A stretch of 64,000 bases of DNA. It comes from Cenarchaeum sp. Lineage in GTDB: Archaea; Thermoproteota; Nitrososphaeria; Nitrososphaerales; Nitrosopumilaceae. The position numbers and the translations under genes were made by a program. The notes under the pieces were generated by a model that was not told the origin of the DNA, did not search any database, and saw only the letters and a program-made list of their open reading frames with translations. Numbering within the stretch: position 1 is the stretch's first letter; the number at the start of each line of letters is the position of its first letter. The stretch spans positions 1,632,001 through 1,696,000 of the forward strand of contig OY843768.1 of the NCBI GenBank assembly GCA_963693095.2, read 5' to 3'. Below, one piece after another: positions 30,125-40,127 of the stretch.

Positions 30125-31089
30125 CCCTGCCCGCAGTCATTCCCGCGGCCTCGTATCCCGGAGTCGGCTCTTGTAGTTTTGAAGGTCAGACAGTGGCACG
30201 GACTCTGGAGCCATTGCGTTAAACCATGACTCAATCTGTCCCGTGTTGGACTAGAGATATTCTTCAAGCTCAAGATGCGCGTCATGGCGCATGTTAATTG
30301 TAGTGAACTGGGTTCCTGTCTTGTTGTCTTTTGCGCAAATAGGCCAGAGGCCGCTGTCGGCTCCCTTCCTCCCGGAGACCGTCGGCGGCGTCCCTGCGCC
30401 GTTCACGCCGGGCGCAGGGCAGGGATGTGCGCCCGCGCTGCGGTGTCAGGCGACTTTGCCCCCGACGAGCCACTCTGCTGCCATTATGAGATACGCCGTG
30501 CGTTATTTTTGGGTTGTCGAGTCACGGCGCCTGACGCGAGACGTACGGCCCCGCCGGGGCGTCACAAGCGCTCGCCCGGAGCCTTGCAGACCCTGACCCC
30601 CGTGTGGCCCTCCATGAGCCGCGGTGCCCGAGACATCGCACCGCGCATGTTCGCGTACAGGGCCTATCCCTCGCGGGATCATTCGTGGACAGGGCCGCTA
30701 ATGCGGGCACGGTGCCCTGCGCGCCCCGCATTTTGGCATGTGGGGGGCGCGGGGTCAGGCTCGTCGATCTCCTTTTCCCCCGGATCGGATTGCCGTGATG
30801 CCTGCCGGTTTGCCATGATCTGCGCCCTGCAGGGCATTTTGCCCCCGCTCCCGCTTTTTGCACGAGGCGCATGGCAATGACGCCACACTTGTCGCATGTG
30901 CCCACGTTGGCCCTCGTGGCGCATGTGCCATCCCAGGGGGCCGACAGCCGAGCTGCCCAATGTCACCTTTGCGGCGTAACGTGCGTTTTGGTATCATTTG
31001 ACAAAAGCTGCTAGCAGGCGCCCATGGCCGGAGATAAAGGCGCGCAGAACGTCCCAAGGAGACAAAACAGTAGAAGGCGGGAGTTTTGC

Positions 31090-31347
31090 CTATGCGGGTA
31101 TCTCTAGCTTCTTTATGTCGAATCCCTCGACGAGGCGCCATTCCTGACCCTCCCGTGTGGTCGTCCCAAAGATCCCCTCGTCGCGCTCGATCATGCCGAT
31201 CCTCTCGGCCTCGGCAACGACATCCCATGCCTCCTCTTCTGTGAGCGTTCCCACAATGTGCGTCACGAGCTCAGTCGCCGGCAGGGGCCCATAGAAACTC
31301 AGTCCCCTCGCGATGACTAGCAGCGCATCTTGCCTTTTCGGATCCAT
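31090..31347 (-). CDS. Family A small protein, copy 12
   Basis: Family signature. Confidence 0.8.
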   Translation of the reverse strand: MDPKRQDALLVIARGLSFYGPLPATELVTHIVGTLTEEEAWDVVAEAERIGMIERDEGIFGTTTREGQEWRLVEGFDIKKLEIPA

Positions 31348-31555
31348 CAGGGTCAGCAAGGTTGTGGAGTTATTAAAACCTAGTGCGTTAATGTGGGCAC
31401 GATGCCCTGCATTTTGACACATGGCAAGGCGCAGGAGCACACAGGCCACGGCGAGGGATTCATTGGTGATCCACACTGCGGCCGTGCGGGCAGGAACCCC
31501 AACAGGAATATCGCGCCATGCAGCCCTGCAGCTCCCCGATGTGCGTGACTCTAGC

Positions 31556-31760
31556 TTATGCAAAGCGCACCGGTCCGAGGGGCGCATACCTCTTGATGAT
31601 CTCTCCGGTTTGTAAATTGGGGATTGGCTTCTTGGAATGAAAAGTGATCTCAAGTGTGCCCTCTTCAATCGGAGTTCCGTTCTCCATCCGTATCTCGTCC
31701 TCTAAAATACGAAAGCTCTTGGGACCCCGGAGAATTTCCGGATGGGGGTTGCAAAAACAG
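31556..31760 (-). pseudogene. Short C-terminal fragment of a family B gene
   Basis: KSFRILEDEIRMENGTPIEEGTLEITFH; same breakpoint as at 28128. Confidence 0.75.
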
Positions 31761-31780
31761 AGGGGGGTTGGGAGTTTTGC

Positions 31781-32047
31781 CTATGCGGGCAGCTCTAGCT
31801 TTTTCATGTCAAACCCCTCGACGAGGCGCCATTCCCGCGCCTCCCGCGTGGGCGACTCAAAGACCATGGCGGCGCGCTCGATCATGCCAATCCTCTCGGC
31901 CTCGGCAAGCACATCCCACGCCTCCTCTTCTGTGAGCTTTCCCACGATGTGCGTTATGAGATCAGCCGCCGGCAGCGGACCATAGATCTTCAGCCCCCTC
32001 GCAATGACTAGCAGCCCATTGTGCTTTGCTGGGTTCATCAGAGCCAT
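31781..32047 (-). CDS. Family A small protein, copy 13
   Basis: Family signature. Confidence 0.8.
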   Translation of the reverse strand: MALMNPAKHNGLLVIARGLKIYGPLPAADLITHIVGKLTEEEAWDVLAEAERIGMIERAAMVFESPTREAREWRLVEGFDMKKLELPA

Positions 32048-32259
32048 TACGGTTATAACATTATTAAAATGTAGTGTGCTAATGTAGGCACGGTGGCCCT
32101 ACGCACCCTACATTTTGGCACATGACAGGAGCGCAGGCACGCCGGCCACGGTGAGGAGCTCGTTGATAGGCCATCTTGCGGCAGTGTGGGCGAGTCCCCA
32201 ACAGGGATATCGCGTCATGCTGTCCTGCAGTTCCTCGATGCGCACGACCCCAATATAGC

Positions 32260-33075
32260 TTACTCAAAGCGCACCGGTCCTAGGGGCGCATACTTTTCAA
32301 TGATCTCCTCTGGCCGTGACTTGGAGATTGACGCCTTTGAATGAAAAGTGATCTCAAGTGTATCTTCTTCAATCGGCGTTCCGTTCTCCATCCGTATCTC
32401 GTCTTCCAAAACACGAAAGCTCTTGGAGCTCCGCAGAGTTTCTGGATCCGGGATTGCAAAAACGGATGTGTGTGAGAGGGGGAACAGGCGCTTTCTATAC
32501 TGTTCGGTGACCTTTATGCGATATGACACGTCACGATTGTTTAGCCATGGGGATTGTGTAACCGATGTTGACACAAAATCGTGTTTGTTCGAGCGAAACT
32601 CGCGTGTTGTCAACATGCTGTCAAGCTCCGCAACGCCCTCCACATAACGCGAGAGCACGGTCGTGTTGTCCCATGCGTGCCGGAGTGAGACGCTGTATGC
32701 GACTGCAAGCTCTTCACAGTCACGAACCATCTTGTCGAGGCCATATTTCTGGTATAGGCTGTTTAGGTTTTCGTTGTATTTGTTAACCCTAGATGCGGGC
32801 ATCCTGGCGAGGTAAAGTTCATTTGTTAGTGATCTCATTTCTGGATAGCCCGCATGACTCGATACGGCTTGGTCAAATTGTATCGGAGCGTCCCCACATA
32901 GCCCCATAAACTCTGGGATGCGCGTATGTGAGTCAAGGCCATGCCTGAGAACAAGATCCAGGATCACGTCGTGACGCAGTGTGGCGCACGTGCAGGGAGA
33001 CGCCCTGATCGCAGCGTCTATGTGGGGGGACAGCGAGGCGATCAGGTTGCGATCACGCAAATTCGGCGGGTTCAA
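32260..33075 (-). CDS. Family B putative ADP-ribosyltransferase, full copy 4
   Basis: VLSRY / FVSTS / LEDEIR, with a canonical STS. Confidence 0.68.
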   Translation of the reverse strand: MNPPNLRDRNLIASLSPHIDAAIRASPCTCATLRHDVILDLVLRHGLDSHTRIPEFMGLCGDAPIQFDQAVSSHAGYPEMRSLTNELYLARMPASRVNKYNENLNSLYQKYGLDKMVRDCEELAVAYSVSLRHAWDNTTVLSRYVEGVAELDSMLTTREFRSNKHDFVSTSVTQSPWLNNRDVSYRIKVTEQYRKRLFPLSHTSVFAIPDPETLRSSKSFRVLEDEIRMENGTPIEEDTLEITFHSKASISKSRPEEIIEKYAPLGPVRFE

Positions 33076-33123
33076 TGGCAGTGCCAAAAATTGCCGATAT
33101 AAAATATCTGTGGGCTGATCGCA

Positions 33124-33236
33124 GTATGGGGTCAGCACCCCTCTGCTCATTTGACCAAATGGGCGTGATCCTGCCTGTCTACTTGTCACTGCGGCACCTG
33201 TCCGGGCATGAACGGGCAGGGGTGCTGACCTCATAC
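33124..33236. mobile_element. IS66-type MITE, copy 4
   Basis: Nearly identical to copy 3 and in the same position upstream of a family B gene. Confidence 0.85.
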
Positions 33237-33417
33237 CCCGCATTGGCCATTCCGGGCTCCATATGCCACAGGCCCTTGGGGGCGCCCATGGGGTCTATTT
33301 GGAGCCCCGCGGAATGCCAGTTTCGGGGAATATAGGGGAGATTATGGCGACGGCTAGGAGTGCTCTGACACTCTAAATGGCGCACATTTAAAGAAGGGAC
33401 TGTTGGCGAGCTGCGTG

Positions 33418-33915
33418 ATGTCTGCGACAACTGTCCGCCACAACCCCATGCTAGCCGACAACGAAAAGACGATGGAGTTTGCAAAGGGGTTTGCCGGCGA
33501 GGACAAGAAAAAGATCGCCGAGATAGAGGAGTGGGGCAAGAGGCGCCAGAGGCGCATCGACAGGCTCTGCCACTTTGTCGGCCTCCTCGAGCAGAACGGC
33601 ATACTAAGGGAGGACGGCAAAGAGTTGTTGGGAGTTGTGCGCGAATTTGCCATCGAGCAGTGCTTTGCGATCGCCACGGCCCATAATCTAGACGACATGG
33701 AGTACCAGTTCAACGACAGCCAGTCCGGCCCCCTCTGTGCCGCCCTGGATCTTGACCTTGCAGCCGTCAAGGCCGAAAAGCCGTTCACAAGCCCCTTTGC
33801 GAATCCCGAGGACGAAAAGAGGTTCCTAGAGACAGTCAGGGGCAAGAGCACGCGTGAGCTTGGCCGAATGGCTCGACCTCTAGTGATCGAAGAGAGAGAC
33901 CGCATATACGGCTAG
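33418..33915 (+). CDS. Hypothetical protein, family C copy 3
   Basis: Paralogue of 26175..26672. Confidence 0.7.
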   Translation: MSATTVRHNPMLADNEKTMEFAKGFAGEDKKKIAEIEEWGKRRQRRIDRLCHFVGLLEQNGILREDGKELLGVVREFAIEQCFAIATAHNLDDMEYQFNDSQSGPLCAALDLDLAAVKAEKPFTSPFANPEDEKRFLETVRGKSTRELGRMARPLVIEERDRIYG

Positions 33916-33977
33916 TGTGCGGGCGCGCCAGGCAGTTTGCGTGCCCTGCGCGACTATTGACGTCACGCTGCCAGCAG

Positions 33978-34091
33978 GTATGAGGTCAGCACCCCCGCCC
34001 GTTCATGTCTAGGCAGGTGCCGCAGTGGCAAGCAGAACGGCAGGATCAACGCCCATTTGGCCAAATGGGGAGCGGGGTGCTGACCTCGCAC
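33978..34091. mobile_element. IS66-type MITE, copy 5
   Basis: Terminal inverted repeats and interior. Confidence 0.8.
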
Positions 34092-34140
34092 CACGTCGTC
34101 TCGTCAGGATTTAATAGCGGCACAATATTCCAGTGGCGGC

Positions 34141-34503
34141 ATGGAAGCCAGCCTGAGTGATGTCAGGATCCAGGTATCACCTGACCCCGCTCAACAAGAT
34201 AAAGAAGTGGTGGTCAGAGTGAGCGCAAAAGGCCAAAAGCTGGGAGGCTGGTTCATCAGGGTGTGTGGCATTAGGGGTGACATCCAGGCACGTGCCGCAC
34301 GCATAGACGCGTACGCCGTGGCACAAACTGACGGAGCTTACACAGTTCACAACTGCCAGATTCAGACAATGGGATACACAGCCGGTGACTACATGGTAGA
34401 TGTTTCGCCGACGCCAGAATTTGAATTAAGGAACACGTGCACAAAAAAATTCGTGGTCGTGCCACAAGACAGGATCATAGCAACCATGAAACCAAAGCAG
34501 TAA
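34141..34503 (+). CDS. Hypothetical beta-rich protein
   Basis: ATG preceded by a TTTAATA box; no family recognised. Confidence 0.55.
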   Translation: MEASLSDVRIQVSPDPAQQDKEVVVRVSAKGQKLGGWFIRVCGIRGDIQARAARIDAYAVAQTDGAYTVHNCQIQTMGYTAGDYMVDVSPTPEFELRNTCTKKFVVVPQDRIIATMKPKQ

Positions 34504-34515
34504 CCCACACACAGG

Positions 34516-34773
34516 ATGCCAGACCGTGATTCCAGGAAACTCTTGTTCAAGAAATACCTGGGCGTGCTCAAGAGGTCAAGTGGCGTAAAGGCCGACGTGT
34601 TAGTGGACAGAACCGACGGATACTCTGCGGCAGACATTGCGCAAATATGCGAGAACGCGTTACGGCGTAGCGTGATTCAGGGGGATTCCAAGGTCACGTC
34701 TGATGACCTGATCTGGTCATTTGAGGAACAAAAGCGGCGCAAGTCCATAGTGGACGGGATGTGTGGTGGCTGA
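34516..34773 (+). pseudogene. AAA+ ATPase C-terminal lid fragment
   Basis: PD..SR..L and TDGYSAADIAQICENA lid motifs; no Walker motifs. Confidence 0.7.
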
Positions 34774-34982
34774 CGGGTTTTAGCATCTTGGGCTTTTGCT
34801 CGCCCGGAGCCTTGCCGGTCCGGACCCCCATGGGCTGCGATACGCCGGACATCGCCCCGCGCATGTTCGCAGGCAAAGCCTCCAGTCTCCCATTCGTACG
34901 GCATACAGGCGCGCATATGCCTTAAAACCAAAGGGCAGAGCCAGTCATGTGCAGGGCAGTAAAAAACGGATGGGGGTCTTGT

Positions 34983-35240
34983 CTAGGCGGAGATCTCTAG
35001 CTGTTCCTCGTTGAATCCCTCGACAAGACGCCACTCTTGCTCTCTTGGAGTGATCGCCTCGACGATCATCTCGGCGCGCTCGATCACGCCGATCTTTTCG
35101 GCCTCGGCGATTAGATCCCATATCTCCTTCTCGGAGAGCGGCCCTATGAGCCGCGTTATGATCTCTGCTGAAGGTACCGAGCCATAGAGGCGGAGACCCC
35201 TGACAATGTCTAGCATGCCTTTTTGCTGCGCTGCGTTCAT
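34983..35240 (-). CDS. Family A small protein, copy 14
   Basis: AEAEKIGVIER..QEWRLV. Confidence 0.8.
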   Translation of the reverse strand: MNAAQQKGMLDIVRGLRLYGSVPSAEIITRLIGPLSEKEIWDLIAEAEKIGVIERAEMIVEAITPREQEWRLVEGFNEEQLEISA

Positions 35241-35470
35241 CAGAGCCAGTATTGTGACGACACTATTAAAATGTAATGTGTGGGGGGCTTTTGTGCCTTG
35301 TACGAAAAGCAGTAGACTGTGCAAGGGGCGCACCCAATACACTCCAAGCCCATGGGGGGACACGGCGGGACAGACCAGACTCGACCCACGGGCAGGCCGG
35401 ACACGACCCTGGCCGCCACGAGAGGCAGGGGGCGCCCAGGAGAGTCGCGCAGGGCCGGCAGGAACCACAC

Positions 35471-37112
35471 CTAGGAGGCGCGGGATCGTAGCGGGGCAGG
35501 CCTCATGTGCGCGATATTGACGACTGCGCCATGCTCCCCAAAGACCTTGAGGAATCGCGCATAGCGCCCCCCGTAATACAGCATCGCGCACGCCATCGGC
35601 GCGCCGTTCCCGCCCTCCCGCCCGTTGACCAGAAACTTTAGGCGCGTGTCGTGCAAAAAGCAGATCGCAGTCGCCCGGCCAAACACAAAGCGTTTCCAGT
35701 GTCCCGTGTTGGTCGCAACGGGTACGAGGGCCAGCACCTCCGAGCCATACTCGTCATGCGCGTCTGCGCACTTGCGCAGCCAGTCAGATATCCTTGTGCC
35801 ATTTTTCCTGTCGGCGCCATAAGGGGGGTTGACATATACTGACGAGCAAAAGTTCGTGCCATGATCAAACTTTCCCGACCCGCATGCTATATGGATCGCC
35901 CCTCCCCACGCCCTGCATGGAAGGCCAAGAGCTGGAAGCGTTCCGCAGGGCACTCCGCGACGAGAGGGACGGCGACGTCAGGTACAGGTTTGCCGCGGTC
36001 AACATGCACGAGAACCTGGGGATGACGCGCGAGGAGGTCGCACTTGCGCTCGTGCAGTGCCCCAGGTGGGTCGGCAAGTGGGTCGCGCGCTACCGGAGTG
36101 GCGGTGTCGAGGCCCTGCGGGACCGCCCCCGCCCCGGCAGGCCGCCGCTGGTCGCGCGGCAGAAGCTTGGCCGCCTGATTGGCCGAATGCCCGGGCGCGT
36201 CACGCCCGCAGAGGTCATGCTGGAGATCGAGCGGGCCACCGGCGTGAGGTTCCACATGTCGCACGTCAGGAAAATAATGCGCAGGGCCGGCCTCTCCGCC
36301 AAGCGGACGCGCCTGGTGCACGTGAACAGGGCCGACGGGCCGACTGTCGCCGGCTGGCGGCGCCGGGTGCGGCGCGAGATAAGGCGCCTCAGGCGCGCGG
36401 GATTCACCATCGTAGTGCAGGACGAGACCATCGCCGTGCACGGCGCAGCCGACGGATCAAAGTACTGGTCGCGCGTGGGCGTCCCCGTCGTCGCCCCGTA
36501 CACCGGGGGACACAGGAGGGTCGTGGTGTACGGCGCGATCTCCACTGACGGGAAGCAGATCTTCCGGGTGCACGACAGGTTCGATGCGGAGACGTTTGTC
36601 GCGTTCCTGCGCGACATGCACAGGAAGTTCGGCAGGGTCGCCGTGATCGTCGACAGGGCGCCGCAGCACAGGGCCGCGGCGGTGAAGGACTATCTTCGCG
36701 CCCACAGGGCGGTGAGGCTGATCGAGCTGCCCACCGGCTCGCCGTACCTCAACGCGATCGAGGAGGTGTGGCGGCAGGCAAAGCGGGCGCTGCTGGTCTC
36801 CGAGCACTACCCCACCATGGTGGATATGCGGACGGCGGTGTCACGGCACTTCAGGCACACGAGGTACCGGCTCGACGTGATGGCATACCTGGGCCGGACG
36901 TCGCTGGAATGCGGCACGGACTTTTGATCGGCAGTATAGATCCTCGCATAGTCCCACGTGTGCTGCAGGCCGTCATCCCTTGGCGGCATGAGCTTTTTGT
37001 CAGCCTCCACTATCGAGTGCGGGCCGGAGCACGGGTCAAGGCAGATCGTGTCGCCAAACGCCCTGCAGACGGCATCGGCATAGACTTTGGGCGTTCCCCA
37101 GTCCTTTTTCAT
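35471..37112 (-). pseudogene. DNA N6-adenine methyltransferase interrupted by IS630
   Basis: Removing the IS and one TA restores MKKDWGTP...ARIYVNPPYG...ALVPVATNTGHW in frame. Confidence 0.88.
35837..36936 (+). mobile_element. IS630-family insertion sequence, complete (transposase 35884..36927)
   Basis: Protein identical to 943..1986; inverted repeats and TA duplication present. Confidence 0.95.
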
Positions 37113-37305
37113 CGTGACTGCCCTCCGGCCTGCAGTCATTCCTGCATCCTCCAGCCTCTAGAGCGCGCCGCGTGTTGAAATGTCATCAAAGCCGCGCATT
37201 CCCGCACACCTCCCGCACTCAATCCAGCTCGCCGGATTGTACCCGTTAATAAAAAGATTAGAGGGTGATCAGCTGACCGTGTGGCTCTTGCCGATGAGGG
37301 TCAGC

Positions 37306-37563
37306 CTATGCTGCGATCTCTAGCTGTTTCACGTCGAATCCCTTGACGAGACGCCACTCTTGCTCCCTTGGAGTGATCGCCTCGACTACCATATCGGCGT
37401 GCTCAATCACGCCGATCTTTTCGGCCTCAGCGATTAGATCCCATATCTCCTTCTCGGAGAGCGGCCCTATGAGCCGCGTTATGATCTCTGCTGAAGGCAC
37501 CGAGCCATAGAGGCGGAGGCCCCTGACAATGACTAGCATGCCTCTTTGCTGCGCTGCATTCAT
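37306..37563 (-). CDS. Family A small protein, copy 15
   Basis: Family signature. Confidence 0.8.
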   Translation of the reverse strand: MNAAQQRGMLVIVRGLRLYGSVPSAEIITRLIGPLSEKEIWDLIAEAEKIGVIEHADMVVEAITPREQEWRLVKGFDVKQLEIAA

Positions 37564-37682
37564 CAGAGCCAGTATAGTGACGACACTATTAAAATGTAAC
37601 GTGCGTAGGCGAGCAGGAGCGCCCGTGCGCGCCGGGCATATTTAACATGTGATGTGGGCGCAGCGCTCCCAAAGGTACACCG

Positions 37683-38540
37683 CTACTTTGCCAGTACGTC
37701 GGCACGTACAGGTTTTGATGAACCCGTACATTTAATGTATACAGGCCCAAGAGGGGCATAGGCCTCAATGAGCTCTCTAACCCTCGATTTGGCCATAGGC
37801 CTCTCGCAATGAAAGGTAATCTCAAGCGTGCCATCTTCAATCGGTGTTCCGTTCTTTAGCCTGATTTCATCTTCCAAAAAGCGAAAGCTTTTTGGTCCCG
37901 GAAGAACCTCTGGATCCGAGATTGCAAAAACTGATGTGTATGTTAGCGGAGATGCATATTTTCTATAGTGATCGGTGACTTTTATGCTACATGACACATT
38001 ACGATCGTTGAACCAGGGGGACTGGGTGATTGATGTTGCCACAAACTCGTGTACGTTTGAACTAAATTGGCGTGTTGCCAACATACTTTCAAGCTCTCCG
38101 TTACCATCCATATAGCGCGAGAGTGTGGTTGTGTTATCCCACATGTACCAGAGCGAGGCATTGTATGCAACTGCAATCTCCTCACAGTCACGTACAACTC
38201 TGCCCAGGTTGTATCTCTGGTATAGACTGTTTAGACTATCGTTGCGTTCACCAATCTGGGATGTGGGTACCAAAGTGTGGTAAGTGTCGTTTATTCGTGA
38301 CCTCGTTTCTGGACTGTTCATATGTTTTGATAGAGCCTGGGAAAAATTTGCCTGGGCACCATAGCATAGCTGCTGAAATTCGGGAATGCGCCCCTGTGAA
38401 TCAAGGCCATGCTTGAGAACCAGTTCCAGAATGGCGCTAGAGCGCAGTGTGGCACACGTGCAGGGGGATGCCCTGATCGCAGCATCTATGTAAGGGGTCA
38501 AGGAGGCGATCAAGCTGCGATCACGCAAGTTTGAATTCAA
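37683..38540 (-). CDS. Family B putative ADP-ribosyltransferase, full copy 5
   Basis: TLSRY / FVATS / LEDEIR motifs. Confidence 0.65.
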   Translation of the reverse strand: MNSNLRDRSLIASLTPYIDAAIRASPCTCATLRSSAILELVLKHGLDSQGRIPEFQQLCYGAQANFSQALSKHMNSPETRSRINDTYHTLVPTSQIGERNDSLNSLYQRYNLGRVVRDCEEIAVAYNASLWYMWDNTTTLSRYMDGNGELESMLATRQFSSNVHEFVATSITQSPWFNDRNVSCSIKVTDHYRKYASPLTYTSVFAISDPEVLPGPKSFRFLEDEIRLKNGTPIEDGTLEITFHCERPMAKSRVRELIEAYAPLGPVYIKCTGSSKPVRADVLAK

Positions 38541-38897
38541 CAAGGGGGCCACAGATTACCAATATAAAATACCCACGGCCTGATCGCAAAAGACCCTGTT
38601 TAGCGCTGCAGCCATGGTCGGAGTCGGCGGGTTGATACATAATTGCCGCCATCTATGACCACAGACACAACGGCGATTACCCGTGCCATGAACGGATCTC
38701 CCAGCGCAGGACGATGGTCGTTAAGACCCTAGCATAGACGCAGGGCTCGACTGACCGGCGACTCCCCGCAGGCCCGAACACGTTCAGGGACGCAGGCACC
38801 GGTTACCACGGCATTTCTTCATTCCTTTCGGTCAGCTCGCCCGTCGAGTGCGCCGTGGGCCGGTGCCCGCAGCGCGCCACGGGAGGGCGCGCCTATT

Positions 38898-40121
38898 TTA
38901 TCCATCGAGCATCTCCGAGGCGACCCCTGCCGCACGGCGCGCCCCGCCGGCCTCAAATGAGGCGGCAAAGGAGCGCAGTGGGCCGGCAAAGGCGCCAGGT
39001 GAGTCGAGCATCGAGGAGGCCGCCGCGGCGATCTCAGAAGGTCGACGAGCCAAGACGCCGAGGCCGCGGTCCTGAGCCCAGGCGATCTGGTTTGTGTGCT
39101 CGTCGTATATGGGAACGCCAACTATGGGTTTTGCCTTTAGTCCAAGGACCTCGCCCATCGCAGTGTGCGACCCGTTGAGGACCGCGTGCGAGCACCGGTC
39201 AAGGACCGTCTCGCGCTCGCGCTCTGAGAGGAACGCGACGTCGATCTGCAGCCAGTCAACGCCGCCCTCGAGGGCCTCGCTGACTGTGTGCGTGCCCCCG
39301 TCACGGTCAAGGACCCTGTCGATCGGCGCGCCGGGCCGCGCGTGTGAGACGACGCGCCGGCAGTCGCGCATGCGCGGATCGGCAAAGGCTGACTCGTACT
39401 TTGCGCCAGTTGCGCTGTTTGTCGGCCCGTCACCGGTCCGCATCCAGTACCCAAACTCGGCGTCACCGATAAGGCGCTCAAGGTCGCTCTCCTCGCCAGA
39501 CGGCGGTGAGGCGGCCTCGGCAAAGTGGCCGACATAGTCGACCTTGTGCATGAGTGAGGCAGGCAGGTTGAGATTCCGCTCGCAGATGCAGTTGGGCGGC
39601 GCCGAGTCGGCAACCAGTATGCGCGTTGCGCGCGCGATCTGCCTAGAGATAAACTCGGCGGCCGGACGCAGGTAAAAGCGGCTCGCATAGAGGCGCGGGC
39701 GGAACTGGTTTGTGACAAAGACGCACCTTATCGAGCGCCGCGAGGCGATGACATTGGAGCCCATGTCGCCGTCGTTGATCGCCAGATCAAAGTGCTCGCG
39801 GTCATAGAGGCGCGCCTCGGCGCGCAGGTACGAGGCGATCCTGCTAGGAAGCGTCGGGCCGCCAACGGGAACCGCAAAGTTGAGCAGCGAGCGCACGAGG
39901 CTCGGGCCGGACTCGCCGCCAATCGGCGTGGGCATGAGTATCTCGTGGATTCGAGAAGCGTCATCCGGAAAGCGCGCAAGGAGGCGCGAGAGTATGGGGT
40001 CCTTTGACGCATAGTGAAACTCAATGTCATCGCGCATCGCGCGCAGCTCAGAGTCCAGGCGCATCATGCGCGTATAGTGGCCGCCTCCCCAAGGATAGAT
40101 AAACTCGCAGACCTTGTGCAT
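38898..40121 (-). CDS. Glycosyltransferase (GT-B, MurG/GT28-like)
   Basis: GGGHYTR N-terminus; NGSHTAMGE...P..DEH C-terminal motifs. Confidence 0.8.
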   Translation of the reverse strand: MHKVCEFIYPWGGGHYTRMMRLDSELRAMRDDIEFHYASKDPILSRLLARFPDDASRIHEILMPTPIGGESGPSLVRSLLNFAVPVGGPTLPSRIASYLRAEARLYDREHFDLAINDGDMGSNVIASRRSIRCVFVTNQFRPRLYASRFYLRPAAEFISRQIARATRILVADSAPPNCICERNLNLPASLMHKVDYVGHFAEAASPPSGEESDLERLIGDAEFGYWMRTGDGPTNSATGAKYESAFADPRMRDCRRVVSHARPGAPIDRVLDRDGGTHTVSEALEGGVDWLQIDVAFLSERERETVLDRCSHAVLNGSHTAMGEVLGLKAKPIVGVPIYDEHTNQIAWAQDRGLGVLARRPSEIAAAASSMLDSPGAFAGPLRSFAASFEAGGARRAAGVASEMLDG

Positions 40122-40127
40122 TGCCGA

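Noticed and set aside
30130-31080. ORFs 30275..30880 and 30522..30905 as genes
   Set aside because: There are no motifs, and part of the region matches the non-coding upstream segments at about 8700-8920 and 6870-6910.
5013-38540. Diversity-generating retroelement or retron as the source of paralogue variation
   Set aside because: No reverse transcriptase is present in the window, and the differences between copies are not adenine-specific.
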